Shown in pieces: positions 9,322-19,496 of a stretch of 64,000 bases of DNA. This stretch comes from Alphaproteobacteria bacterium (lineage in GTDB: Bacteria > Pseudomonadota > Alphaproteobacteria > UBA7887): NCBI GenBank assembly GCA_965216755.1, contig CBDCGL010000011.1, positions 4,576,001-4,640,000 on the forward strand, read 5' to 3'. How positions within the stretch are numbered: the first letter of the stretch is position 1; the number at the start of each line of letters is the position of its first letter. The notes under the pieces were generated by a model, which worked only from the letters and a program-made list of their open reading frames with translations, had not been told where the DNA came from and did not search any database. The position numbers and the translations under genes were made by a program.

Positions 9322-10603
9322 ATTGGATGTTGCGGCGCCCGGTTTTGACGCGGCGTTTGCCGAAGTCCTGGCCGCCAAACGCGAGACCTCGGAAGATGTG
9401 GCGGCGACTGTGGCCGCCATTCTGGCGGATGTGCGGGCGCGCGGCGACGCGGCACTGATTGACTATACACGCAAGTTTGATCGGATCGATTTGGCCGAGT
9501 ATGGCGTGCAAATTAGCGCCGACGCGGTTGCTGCGGCCCGCGCGGCCTGCGATGCGGCGACATTGGCAGCGTTGGACGTGGCGGCGCAACGCATCAAGGA
9601 TTATCACCGGCGCCAATTGCCCACAGATACGATGTATACGGACGATTCTGGCAATCGTCTGGGGGCCAAATGGCGGCCGATCGGCGCCGTTGGGATGTAT
9701 GTGCCGGGTGGCAAGGCGTCGTATCCAAGCTCGGTCCTCATGAATGCGATCCCCGCGCGCGTTGCCGGGGTCAAGCGCTTGGCCATGGTCGTGCCGTCGC
9801 CCGACGGGATGATTGACCCGCTGGTCTTGGCTGCCGCGGACCTCGCCGGGATCACGGAGATCTACAGAATTGGCGGCGCGCAGGCGATTGGCGCGTTGGC
9901 TTTCGGAACCGAAAGTGTCGCCGCGGTTGACAAGATCTGTGGGCCGGGCAACGCCTACGTCGCAGCGGCCAAACGGCAAGTTTTTGGGACTGTTGGCATT
10001 GAAATGATTGCCGGACCATCAGAAATCATGGTTGTCGCTGACAATCAAAATGATCCGAGTTGGATCGCCATCGATTTGCTATCGCAGGCCGAACATGACG
10101 AGGCCGCGCAATCGATATTGGTCACGGATGATGCCGCCTTTGCTGACGCGGTCATGGCGGCGGTCGAGCAGCATCTGTTGACTTTGGACCGCGCCGCGAT
10201 TGCCAGTGCAAGTTGGCGGGATCATGGCGTCGTTATCCTGGTACCAGATCTCCATGCCGCTGCGGCACTGGTCGACCAAGTCGCGCCAGAGCATCTGGAA
10301 TTGGCCGTCGCTGACCCGGATGAGATGGTCGAAGCGGTCACCAATGCCGGCGCTATATTCATGGGGCGGTTCACGCCCGAAGCGGTTGGTGATTATGTGG
10401 CCGGCCCCAACCATGTATTGCCGACCGCTCGCAGCGCGCGCTTTGCGTCGGGCCTGTCGGTCTTAGATTTCATGAAACGTACCAGCATCGTGCAATGTAC
10501 CGCAGACGGACTTGCCGCTATCGGCGCGGCGGCGGTCACCTTGGCCACCGCCGAGGATTTGGGAGCCCACGCGCGGTCAATCGACGTACGGCTGAAGCGC
10601 TGA
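9311..10603 (+). CDS. hisD: Histidinol dehydrogenase
   Basis: [53 protein letters not shown]. Confidence 0.97.
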   Translation: MVRRLDVAAPGFDAAFAEVLAAKRETSEDVAATVAAILADVRARGDAALIDYTRKFDRIDLAEYGVQISADAVAAARAACDAATLAALDVAAQRIKDYHRRQLPTDTMYTDDSGNRLGAKWRPIGAVGMYVPGGKASYPSSVLMNAIPARVAGVKRLAMVVPSPDGMIDPLVLAAADLAGITEIYRIGGAQAIGALAFGTESVAAVDKICGPGNAYVAAAKRQVFGTVGIEMIAGPSEIMVVADNQNDPSWIAIDLLSQAEHDEAAQSILVTDDAAFADAVMAAVEQHLLTLDRAAIASASWRDHGVVILVPDLHAAAALVDQVAPEHLELAVADPDEMVEAVTNAGAIFMGRFTPEAVGDYVAGPNHVLPTARSARFASGLSVLDFMKRTSIVQCTADGLAAIGAAAVTLATAEDLGAHARSIDVRLKR

Positions 10604-10718
10604 CCGCCAATGCTGGCCGCGCGCATCATGACTGATGGACAAAGCTATCGGATTGGCCATCAAAATCGGACGGTAAGCTTACGGCCCGTGTACATGCGAT
10701 GTGGCGCCGGTGTCTGAG

Positions 10719-11222
10719 ATGAGCGGTTCCGATCCCACCAAGACTGATATGTCGCGCCAGCGCATCGTCGATGTCGAGCTGGATCAGGGCAGCGTTGTGC
10801 GGTGGAGCCCGGAGATCGAGCACGAACGCAAGGTCGCCATTTACGACCTGCTGGAAGAGAACCTTTTTGAACCCGTCGCCGGCCATCTGGGGCCATTCGC
10901 TTTGCGTCTGGCGATCGAGGAAAATCGCATCATCCTCGACGTTCGTCTGGCGGACACGCTTGATTGCCTCGAACGCATCACTTTGCCGCAATCATCACTG
11001 CGGCGGATCGTGCGTGACTATTTCACCGTGTGTGAAAGCTATTACGCGGCCATCAAGAACGCCCGGCCGTCGCAAATCGAGGCATTGGACATGGCGCGAC
11101 GCGGCCTTCACAACGATGGCTCCGAGATCCTTCGCGAGCGCCTGCGCGAGAAGGTTACGATGGATTTGAACACGGCGCGCCGGTTGTTCACGTTGGTCTG
11201 TGTGCTGCATTTGCGGCCGTAG
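10719..11222 (+). CDS. UPF0262 family protein
   Basis: EHERKVAIYDLLEENLF...IEALDMARRGLHNDGS...TARRLFTLVCVLH. Confidence 0.9.
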   Translation: MSGSDPTKTDMSRQRIVDVELDQGSVVRWSPEIEHERKVAIYDLLEENLFEPVAGHLGPFALRLAIEENRIILDVRLADTLDCLERITLPQSSLRRIVRDYFTVCESYYAAIKNARPSQIEALDMARRGLHNDGSEILRERLREKVTMDLNTARRLFTLVCVLHLRP

Positions 11223-11231
11223 GACTCGCCC

Positions 11232-11672
11232 GTGGTGGCCGCAACAAGCGTCCTGTTCTGTTGTTCCCAGAATGCGATCCGCTCGCCAATGGCGGCGGCG
11301 CTGACCGGATGGATGTTTGGCCATCGCCTTTTTGTGGAATCGGTCGGGCTTCGTGCCGGGACGCCGGACCCGTTCGCCGCCGCCGTTATGGAAGAGATTG
11401 GCCTGGACATATCCGGATATGCGCCGAAGACCTTCGATGACCTTGACGAGACGTCGTTCGACTTGATCGTATCGCTATCCCCCGACGCACATCATCGGGC
11501 GATCGAGCTCACCCGTGTCGTGGCGACCGAGGTCGAGTTTTGGAACACATTCGACCCATCGCTTGTCGAGGGCAATCGTGAGTCGCGCTTGGCAGCCTAC
11601 CGCGCCGTTCGCGATGGACTGAAAGACCAAATTGCCAAACGTTTCTCACATCCCAATGCTAGTTCGCCATGA
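11232..11672 (+). CDS. Low-molecular-weight phosphatase / ArsC family protein
   Basis: VLFCCSQNAIRSPMA CX5R P-loop. Confidence 0.85.
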   Translation: MVAATSVLFCCSQNAIRSPMAAALTGWMFGHRLFVESVGLRAGTPDPFAAAVMEEIGLDISGYAPKTFDDLDETSFDLIVSLSPDAHHRAIELTRVVATEVEFWNTFDPSLVEGNRESRLAAYRAVRDGLKDQIAKRFSHPNASSP

Positions 11673-11846
11673 ATTGCGACTGCTGTGAGCGACATGTACG
11701 ACGGCAAATGGCAGCGTTTACCTTGACCATCGCGGCAAGCACGCTCATGTTTGCGCTCACCGTGTCTGAGTTTATTGGGGCCGGTGGCCACGCCACGTAG
11801 CGTCAAATGGAGACTCAATGGCCGATCGAACAGCAAAAGAGGGTTT

Positions 11847-12065
11847 ATGGCAAAGGAAGATGTCCTGGAATTTCCTGGTGTTGTAACAGAGCTCCTGCCG
11901 AACGCTATGTTTCGGGTCAAACTCGAAAACGATCATGAAATTCTCGCTCACACATCCGGTCGCATGCGCAAGAATCGCATCCGTGTTTTGGCGGGCGATA
12001 AGGTTACGGTCGAGATGACCCCGTATGACTTAACCAAGGGCCGGATTGTATTTCGACACAAGTAG
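11847..12065 (+). CDS. infA: Translation initiation factor IF-1
   Basis: [28 protein letters not shown]...[18 protein letters not shown]; 72 aa. Confidence 0.98.
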   Translation: MAKEDVLEFPGVVTELLPNAMFRVKLENDHEILAHTSGRMRKNRIRVLAGDKVTVEMTPYDLTKGRIVFRHK

Positions 12066-12101
12066 TCGGGATACAGTGATTCGGGTCCATGCACCCAGGC
12101 A

Positions 12102-12701
12102 ATGTGCCTGATTTTGGCATCGTCGTCGTCGCGGCGGCTCGATTTATTGCGTCAAATCGGCATTGAGCCCGATGCTGTTGAACACGCGCAGATTGATGAG
12201 GCGCAACGACCGGGCGAACGGCCTGGCGACATGGCTGTGCGTCTGGCGGACGCGAAAGCCGCAAAGATCGCGGCGCGCCGACCGGGCGCTGCGATCTTGG
12301 CAGCCGATACAGTGGTTGCGTGTGGTCGAAGAGTGCTGGCCAAGGCAGCGGATGCCGATCAGGCGCGCGCCAGCCTAAGAATCTTGTCAGGACGGCGGCA
12401 CCGCGTGCATACCGGTGTGTGCGTTGTCATGCCGGAAGGCGCGTGTCGGCGCCGATTGGTGACCACGATCGTCCGCTTTAAGCGACTGACGGACTGCGAA
12501 ATAGATGCCTATGTGGCCGCCGGGGAGTGGCGCGACAAAGCCGGCGCCTATGCCATTCAGGGGCGCGCCGGCGCCTTTGCCATCGCGATTAACGGTTCCT
12601 ATTCGAACGTCGTCGGCTTGCCGCTGTACGAAACGTTGGCATTGTTGACCGGGTGTAGCGTACTCGACACGCCGCGTTGCCGGTCGGGGGCGGCGCCGTG
12701 A
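12102..12701 (+). CDS. maf: Maf family nucleoside triphosphate pyrophosphatase
   Basis: LILASSSSRR, ADTVV, DKAGAYAIQG, NVVGLP. Confidence 0.93.
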   Translation: MCLILASSSSRRLDLLRQIGIEPDAVEHAQIDEAQRPGERPGDMAVRLADAKAAKIAARRPGAAILAADTVVACGRRVLAKAADADQARASLRILSGRRHRVHTGVCVVMPEGACRRRLVTTIVRFKRLTDCEIDAYVAAGEWRDKAGAYAIQGRAGAFAIAINGSYSNVVGLPLYETLALLTGCSVLDTPRCRSGAAP

Positions 12702-14146
12702 GTTGTCAGCTGCTGGTGAGTGTGTCGCTCGGGGAAACGCGGATCGCGTTACGTCGTGACGGACGCCTCATTGAACTGGCGGTTGAACGACCGGAGGCGA
12801 CAAGTTTGATTGGCAATGTCTACCTCGGGCGGGTGATCAAAGTGTTGCCCGGCGTCGAAGCGGCATTTGTCGATTGCGGTCTTGGGCGATCGGCGTTTTT
12901 GCCGGCGTGCGATGCGACCCCCGATGGCCTGGATTCGGATCCGCATGCGCGCATCGCCACGTGCGTGCATGAGGGCCAAACCCTGCTGGTACAAGTGATC
13001 AAGGATCCGACTGGTGACAAAGGCGCCCGCGTTAGCACGCGCATTGCCCTGCCGGGCCGCTATTTGGTTTTTGCGCCGCATGGCACCGGGGTTGCAGTTT
13101 CACGACGCATTCGCGATGAGCAGGAGCGCGCGCGTCTGGTGAGCCTGGTCGATGGCGTCAATTCAGACGACCGCGGGTTCATCGTCCGCACCGCCGGTGA
13201 GGGCGCCGTCGCCGAGGCCATTGCCCGCGACGCAACCAACATGCGGTCGGTTTGGGCAAACATTGAAAGCGCGGTACACGACCGGTCGCCGCCCTGTTGC
13301 GTGTATAACGACCTGGATCCGGTGTGTCGCTATTTGCGTGATCGGATGAACTATGACGTCGTCGAAGTTCTTATCGATGATCGCGCGACATTGGAGGCCG
13401 CGCGCGACTTTTGCCGGCAGACTATGCCGCACCTGGCCGATCGACTGAGCTTGTTTGTCGAGCCCGAGCCCCTTTTTGACGCCTTCGGCGTTGAGGATGA
13501 TATTAGCGGCGCTTTGACATCCGCCGTGCGACTGGCATGTGGCGGGACATTGGTGATCGAGGAAACCGAGGCGCTGACCGTGATCGACGTCAACACCGCG
13601 CGTTTCACAGGCGTGTCGACGCAATCCGATACTGCGCTGCGCACCAATCTGGAAGCGGCTGGCGAGATCGCACACCAGTTACGGCTGCGCAACATTGGTG
13701 GCATCGTGGTCATCGATTTCATTGGTATGCAAACGGTGGCACATCGCGAGCGCATTTTACAGGCTCTGACACATGCATTGGCGGAAGACCCCGCGCCATC
13801 GCGTGTCTATGGATTGTCGGAATTGGGGCTGGTTGAAATGACCCGAAAGCGGACACGTGATTCACTCCATCAGATCATGACCGACCATTGTGGTGCATGC
13901 GGCGGCCGCGGCCGGATCAAGAGCGCCGAGACAATTGCTGCGGAGATCGGGCGCGCCGTGACCCGCGCTGCCGCCGGCGCGCGCGGCAATGAGATCACGA
14001 TCGTTGCATCGCCGGAGATTTTCGCGTGGTTGAGCGATCGGGACGACGCTAGCTGGTGGGCGGGGGTGAAACGCGCGGCGGGCACGCGTATTGCCCTGAT
14101 GCCCGATCCGACATTCTCGCGCGAGCGGTTCGATGTCGCGACATGA
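12698..14146 (+). CDS. rng: Ribonuclease E/G family protein
   Basis: GNVYLGRV S1 domain, TEALTVIDVNT, RLRNIGGIVVIDFI, LGLVEMTRKR, CGACGGRG. Confidence 0.9.
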   Translation: MSCQLLVSVSLGETRIALRRDGRLIELAVERPEATSLIGNVYLGRVIKVLPGVEAAFVDCGLGRSAFLPACDATPDGLDSDPHARIATCVHEGQTLLVQVIKDPTGDKGARVSTRIALPGRYLVFAPHGTGVAVSRRIRDEQERARLVSLVDGVNSDDRGFIVRTAGEGAVAEAIARDATNMRSVWANIESAVHDRSPPCCVYNDLDPVCRYLRDRMNYDVVEVLIDDRATLEAARDFCRQTMPHLADRLSLFVEPEPLFDAFGVEDDISGALTSAVRLACGGTLVIEETEALTVIDVNTARFTGVSTQSDTALRTNLEAAGEIAHQLRLRNIGGIVVIDFIGMQTVAHRERILQALTHALAEDPAPSRVYGLSELGLVEMTRKRTRDSLHQIMTDHCGACGGRGRIKSAETIAAEIGRAVTRAAAGARGNEITIVASPEIFAWLSDRDDASWWAGVKRAAGTRIALMPDPTFSRERFDVAT

Positions 14147-14162
14147 GCATGGGTGGCTGGTA

Positions 14163-14366
14163 ATGAAGGACCGTACCAACGGCAGCGGCGCGGGTGGGCG
14201 CGCGCCACACCATTGTGTCGAATGCGGCCGCGCCGTGACCCCAGAATTTGCCCCATTCTGTTCGCGGCGTTGCGCGGATATCGATTTGGGCCGCTGGTTG
14301 TCCGGCAGCTATGTCATTCCAGGCCGGCCTCTTGGGCTGGGCGACGACGATGACGAAGAGACATGA
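14163..14366 (+). CDS. yacG: DNA gyrase inhibitor YacG
   Basis: CVECGR...PFCSRRCADIDLGRWL. Confidence 0.92.
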   Translation: MKDRTNGSGAGGRAPHHCVECGRAVTPEFAPFCSRRCADIDLGRWLSGSYVIPGRPLGLGDDDDEET

Positions 14367-14459
14367 CGTGGCGGATTTTTGGCCGTTCGCGCGACCGCCC
14401 CTGGACAGCGGCCGCAGGTTTCGATATTAGGACCGTCGCCTTGTGCTTCGGCGCAACGT

Positions 14460-14535
14460 GCCCAGGTAGCTCAGTTGGTAGAGCAGTGGACTGAAAATCC
14501 TCGTGTCGGTGGTTCAATTCCTCCCCTGGGCACCA
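14460..14535 (+). tRNA. tRNA-Phe(GAA)
   Basis: 76 nt GCCCAGG...CTGAAAA...CCTGGGCACCA; U-U mismatches in the anticodon and T stems. Confidence 0.95.
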
Positions 14536-15080
14536 TTTATTTCAAAGGGTTAGTTGGCGCGGTTCAGATATTCTGTCTTAATCCGCGCCGTCGCTTTGTG
14601 AACGGATCAGGGGCGTACGTCTCCGTCCAGCGTCTCAAAACCGTGACCATGGCCCTAACGGGCAAACTCGCTGGCCGGATGTCGCGTTAGGTCAAAGCCC
14701 GAAATTCTTTGTCAGCTCGGCCGGTCGCAGATCACGCATGGGATCTGCACGCTGTTGGTTGAGTGCTGTGACGCGATGATCGTGATTTCGAACTCCGACC
14801 TTGTTCCGCAAGTGGCATAACCGGCCGAGAACGTATTCGAATCCTTGCCTGCGCTTTTGCCGGACAGCCGAAAGTTTTCAGAGATAGCAACCTCCTTCAA
14901 AAGCTTGGACGGAACGAGGAGCTTGAAGAGCCGCTGAAAACGATCCGGAAATTTGAGCAAAGTCGCGATCCTCGTCACAGACCTACCCAAAGCGCCTCGG
15001 CGCAGAATCATACATCGACAAACCGCGCCACAAGGATGGCATGGCCCTGGCGGTTTGCATCGCGTCCGCCGAATGTGTTG

Positions 15081-15803
15081 CTACGGCTTTCGTTTGAACA
15101 AGAGATCTGCCTGTGTCGGACCAAAAGCATCCGTATGGGACAAGTTATAGGCGCCGCGAAGAACATAACCAAGCCGGCTAAGAAACTCTATGAGTTCGTG
15201 AGCCAATATTTGTCCAGAATATAGTTCCACAAACGATGCTTCAGTGTAAATAAATTCAATCTTCTCCAAAACACCGGTACTTCCACTTAGTACCGTGTCT
15301 TCCGCGCCTTGTACATCAATCTTGAGCAAAACGCGATCTGACGAAATACATGTACCGACAACCTGGTCCAGACGTCTCACATCCACGGTGATCGTGCGAC
15401 TCTCGCTCACATTATAAGCTTGGTTTTGGCCTGCCCCAATTTGAAGAAGTGAAGAGCTGTCCGCACGATCAGCCACGTGAAGGGTGGCTCGCCCGGACGT
15501 GTCTGCGAGGGCGAATTCGAACAGTTCTACTTTTGAAGAAGAACCCAGATTCTGCCTAAATATTTCTGCTTCGGACGGTAAAGGTTCAAAGGAATAGACT
15601 TTCGAGACGCCGACTTGAATCGCGGCCAGAGCGAATCGGCCATTGTTTGCGCCGACATCGATGACGGTGCGTGGCCGAACGAATCGAAGCATTTCGAGAT
15701 GCTCGACTGCGACAGCGGTTCTTGTCTTAAGATAGGCTTTCCGAGCATATGGAGAACGAATTAGACTTGCGATTTTCTTTATTTTACTCATCCGTAAACT
15801 CAT
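15081..15803 (-). CDS. FkbM family methyltransferase
   Basis: VIDVGANNG, SFEPLP, LLKIDVQGAE, LYSGQ, QADLLF; start placed at 15803 because the upstream part of the track ORF is IS sequence. Confidence 0.9.
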   Translation of the reverse strand: MSLRMSKIKKIASLIRSPYARKAYLKTRTAVAVEHLEMLRFVRPRTVIDVGANNGRFALAAIQVGVSKVYSFEPLPSEAEIFRQNLGSSSKVELFEFALADTSGRATLHVADRADSSSLLQIGAGQNQAYNVSESRTITVDVRRLDQVVGTCISSDRVLLKIDVQGAEDTVLSGSTGVLEKIEFIYTEASFVELYSGQILAHELIEFLSRLGYVLRGAYNLSHTDAFGPTQADLLFKRKP

Positions 15804-15862
15804 GGATATTTGTTTTGCAAAATAAAAGCGAGAGTCAGTTCTCACATCATCGGATTCCTGCG

Positions 15863-16225
15863 GGATGTCGACCCCGTTTGACCAGACACGCGGCGATGTG
15901 ACTTGGGATCCTCGGAATTCGTGCAGTGATTCCCAATTGAGAGCGGAATGTGGATGGTTGTCATTGTAATCCTCGAACCATCCGGTAATTTGTTCAAGTG
16001 CGGTTTTCGCGTGGGATTTCACTGCCCCGAATACATACGCGCTTGACGGTTTTCACAACTGCCTCGGGCGATCGCTGGCTCTTGTTCGACCGACCAAGGC
16101 CGTCCATGTGCGGTTCCTGTGATCGCTTCAATCCGTCGAAAGTCATCAGACATAAGCATACGCCTATGGCGATGCCTAAGCTTCCCTGCTTACGCCAACT
16201 GTCCGGTCCAAATGGGGCCAATTCA
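15863..16225 (-). mobile_element. Internally deleted IS3-family (IS2-group-like) remnant
   Basis: Imperfect terminal IRs TGAATTGGCCCCATTTGGACCGGACA (16225-16200) and GATGTCGACCCCGTTTGACCAGACA (15864-15888). OrfA start MSDDFRRIEAITG joined to OrfB tail EAVVKTVKR / GWFEDYNDNHPHSAL. Confidence 0.75.
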
Positions 16226-16485
16226 ACAGGATCATCAACTCTACGCTGCTGCCCGATCATCGCCCAACAGCGGGATTCGTGCTTATCGACAGAATTGCTT
16301 TAGTGTGACGGACGGATGCGCGAAATTCACCCCTGATCTGACCAAATCTTTGAAATGTCGGTTGTTCTGTTGTTGTCGGACATCGTTTTGATTTGGCGAT
16401 CTTGGTAGCCTCGAGACAGAGGTAACGGTCATGGCTTTTCGCCTGGCCTCACTTAACTCCGCCCCGCGGTCTTGCCGAAGTCTTG

Positions 16486-18078
16486 CTATTCGAGCACCAA
16501 CGTGGGCGCAAGGTTCGGGTCTCCGTGGTCGTTTGCGCCTTCGATTGAGTAGTATAGGGCTTTGCCGCTTGGTCCTTCGTCGGTCTTCTTTATGAGCCAA
16601 GTTGTTACGCCAGCCAGTACATCATCCGTCACGTCCCAAGTGACCTCACCGAGCAAACCATTTGTGTGAAGCACGGGGGGCGCTGTTGCCGGCCCAAAAT
16701 TGCCGCCATTCCATTGCAACGAACAATCCGGCTGTTGATTGGAAATTTCATCGTCTACCGCGCAATTCCACGTAACCCCCGGTCCGTTTCCACGAGTAGA
16801 TTGTGACCCTGGAACACCGGCGTTCTGACCATTGCCTTCGGTGAAGTCCTCGAGCAATGGATGCGCATCCACAGTGCGTCCGTTCGTACTCCAATTGTTG
16901 CCATTCTCGGCAATAGTGAGCGAAAGAGTTGCACCCGTCAAAGATGCCGCGTTTAGAAACGCATCTATTGCAGCACTGTCAAAGGCTACCAGCGCGCGGT
17001 TGTTGCCGCTTGCTCTCACGCGGAGCCTTGGGTTGGCGCCTTCGTTGCGATTCGAGTTGCCCTTGCGAAGAATACTGTCTTCCACCGCTGCCAATGTGGC
17101 GCTGGGGGAAAACTGAAGAGCGACCCCCTGAGTGCCGATCAAACCGGTATTGATGATCTCCTCAAGACCACTCCCATCAGTACTCAACCGATAAATCTTC
17201 GCAGCGGGCACACCCACACTCACGTAGAGTTTCTGGTCAGAAGAGTCGATTTCAAGTCCGGTCGGCTCTGGACTGATGCCTGAGATGGGAATGTTCTCAA
17301 CGTTGGTCCCGTCCAAGTTGGCACGCTGGATCTTGGGCGCAGTGGGCAGACTTTCAGTCCAATACATTTTGGCATTAGCCAAATCCAAGACGAGGTCGAT
17401 AGGCATTCCCAAACCTTGGACCAGAGGTGTCAAATTCCCTTGTGACAGTGGAACCGAAAAATCTCCGGTCATGTCAGCTCTATATATTTTCCCCGTCGAA
17501 ACCTGCTGGCCGCCAAGCTCGACCCAGTACATATTTCCAGCCTGGAGGTCGAGATCCAGCCCTAGCTCCAGACTCGTGCTTCCGATCACCAAATCCTCAA
17601 CATTGGAATTCAGGCCGTCCATGTCAGCGCGCTGAATTTTTGCAAGACCCGGCAGGTCGCGCGTGCCAGCAGTCCAATACACCTTCCTAGCAATCAGATC
17701 TAAAGCCACGCCCCTGGGATTAGCCAACCCCGTTGCAACATCTTCTACCAGAGTGCCGTCCAAGTTCGCACGACGAACGACGCCGTTTTCCTGACTTTCG
17801 AAGATTTCGTCGGCCCAGTAGATTTTGTTACCCGCCGCGTCCACGACAATTCCCCGAAGCGCCCTTTGATTTGTCGCATCCTGTGGTGTCACCAAGACTT
17901 CCCTTGAAGGTGGCGTACCGTCCGGATCAGAACGCTCAATGATGTCGGTGTGGTTGTCCGTCCAATACAACTTGATTGGATCAGCTTGCGCGGTCGCTGC
18001 GGCAACGAACGCGAACGAAACCGCAAAAAGCATCTGGAACAGCAAGCCCTTCGCCCACTTAATTTGGATTGGACGCAT
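16486..18078 (-). CDS. Secreted protein with six YWTD (LDL-receptor class B) blades plus a DNRLRE-like C-terminal domain
   Basis: GAGGGAG RBS and signal peptide ending AQA. Blades KLYWTD, KIYWAD, KVYWTA, NMYWVE, KMYWTE, KLYVSV, each followed by an R-A/S-x-x-DG-type motif. C-terminal EDSILRKGNSNRNEG...RALVAFD. Confidence 0.78.
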   Translation of the reverse strand: MRPIQIKWAKGLLFQMLFAVSFAFVAAATAQADPIKLYWTDNHTDIIERSDPDGTPPSREVLVTPQDATNQRALRGIVVDAAGNKIYWADEIFESQENGVVRRANLDGTLVEDVATGLANPRGVALDLIARKVYWTAGTRDLPGLAKIQRADMDGLNSNVEDLVIGSTSLELGLDLDLQAGNMYWVELGGQQVSTGKIYRADMTGDFSVPLSQGNLTPLVQGLGMPIDLVLDLANAKMYWTESLPTAPKIQRANLDGTNVENIPISGISPEPTGLEIDSSDQKLYVSVGVPAAKIYRLSTDGSGLEEIINTGLIGTQGVALQFSPSATLAAVEDSILRKGNSNRNEGANPRLRVRASGNNRALVAFDSAAIDAFLNAASLTGATLSLTIAENGNNWSTNGRTVDAHPLLEDFTEGNGQNAGVPGSQSTRGNGPGVTWNCAVDDEISNQQPDCSLQWNGGNFGPATAPPVLHTNGLLGEVTWDVTDDVLAGVTTWLIKKTDEGPSGKALYYSIEGANDHGDPNLAPTLVLE

Positions 18079-18537
18079 GAGAACTCCCTCCCAATCGCTG
18101 GAAACGATGTGCAAATCTTCGGCTGTGTCCTTGGCTGCACAGCTGACAATCACCGATTGGTGGAATGTGCGATCGGTTTCGAGATTTCGCACGGCGCATC
18201 GTGCGGGTGTGCGTTATTTGGTTCAGTCGCACACGAGCAACCTCGAATCCACAGCCAGGTCACCTCCGCGGCCACCAACTCAATGAAACATTGACATCCA
18301 GCGACTGCACATGCGCGGCGCTGTTGACATCGTCACCAATGAAATAGACAGCCTACGAACCAGTGAAAGCTATATCAAATAGGAATACTATTGATTGAAT
18401 TTGTCAACTAGTAGTTCTACCAGTTCGTGTATTTCGCAACGTCAAGTGTCGCACTGGCAACAGGTCTAGCGCGTGACATGGTATACCGTTATAGCATTAC
18501 TCGGCATAGGAATGAGTCGCAACTAGTCAGTCGAGCT

Positions 18538-18812
18538 GAGCCGTGAGCGAAAGTGATTGATCGTGCATTGAAGGAAGTGACGCGTCTTGATGATGGATGG
18601 CTGGCCGCGTCCCCGGGGCGAAGCGGTTGGCCATGAAAGACAACACTGTAGTTCGGCTATCCCAACCGGGAGAAGTCGAGGAACGGTTGACCGCAGTCTT
18701 GCGTGCCGGTGCGCGCAACCTTTTGTCGGAAGCAATTGATGCGAAAGTCACGGAGTGTGTGAAAGGCCGATTCGAACAGGAAAACGCACAAAAGCTGTGG
18801 TCGGCAATTTGA
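18538..18812 (+). mobile_element. IS256-family transposase 5' remnant
   Basis: MKDNTVVRLSQPGEVEERLTAVLRAGARNLLSEAIDAKV resembles the IS256 transposase N-terminus; truncated. Confidence 0.65.
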
Positions 18813-19134
18813 TCTTGGAACGGAAGGAAAGCGACGAGGTTTGGCGATGACAGGTTGCGCTTAGGGCGAGGCACGCGTGAACACGCTGCTTCCGGACACA
18901 TTTGCGCTTTGTGAAAGCCCATAGGCTGCTGGTCCAACCAGTGGTCGGGCATCGAAATGACAAAGGTCGTGGCGAGGGTCTGGGCGCGGTTCATATGACC
19001 CTCGGATTCGACCGGCACAGCAAAATCGTGGTCACTCACCATGCGGGTTTGAAAGTCAATGCCCGGCACTGGCTGGCGACCCATGTGTGTCGGGCGCGCA
19101 CTGATTCGTCGGACTTTATGCGGTAGCCTGGAAT

Positions 19135-19470
19135 TGCCCAAGATAGTTTGCCTGTATGGCAACGTTATTTCGTCTATGGCAACGACGACGTTGCCCATGC
19201 TGTCGCGACAAGTGGTTTCGGGCGACTCTTGAACGTATCGTCGACCAAGCCATTGATAATTCAGCCATGCGAACCAAGCGCCGAAAGGTTTCTATCTGGC
19301 GGCGGATGACCTGCGTTCGGCCATTGTCATTTGGGGACGCCGGCGGCGCCGGAGATCAGGGAGCGGTATAGCTGTGCGTGACCGAGTGCGATACCGTGCG
19401 TGAGATGGTCGAGACCGATTTCATCCATAGGCTTGGCGGCAACCGTGCGTGGGTTTTCGAAGATGGTTCG
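19135..19470 (+). pseudogene. Degraded C-terminal part of an NAD-dependent sugar epimerase/dehydratase
   Basis: Frame-broken motifs RYFVYGNDDVAHAVA...LLNVSS and GLAATVRGF resemble RDFVYVDDVA...NVGS...GLxxTVxWF. Confidence 0.4.
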
Positions 19471-19496
19471 AGGCAGGCCAATGACCGCTGCGCAAT

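Noticed and set aside
14560-15080. Possible integrase or ORF after tRNA-Phe
   Set aside because: No recognisable recombinase motifs; the short ORFs have no support
15804-16022. N-terminal extension of the 313-aa FkbM ORF
   Set aside because: It is the IS3 OrfB tail reading in frame by chance; not treated as part of the enzyme
18527-19198. 223-aa minus-strand ORF
   Set aside because: Overlaps the IS256 scar and epimerase remnant on the opposite strand; no family recognised
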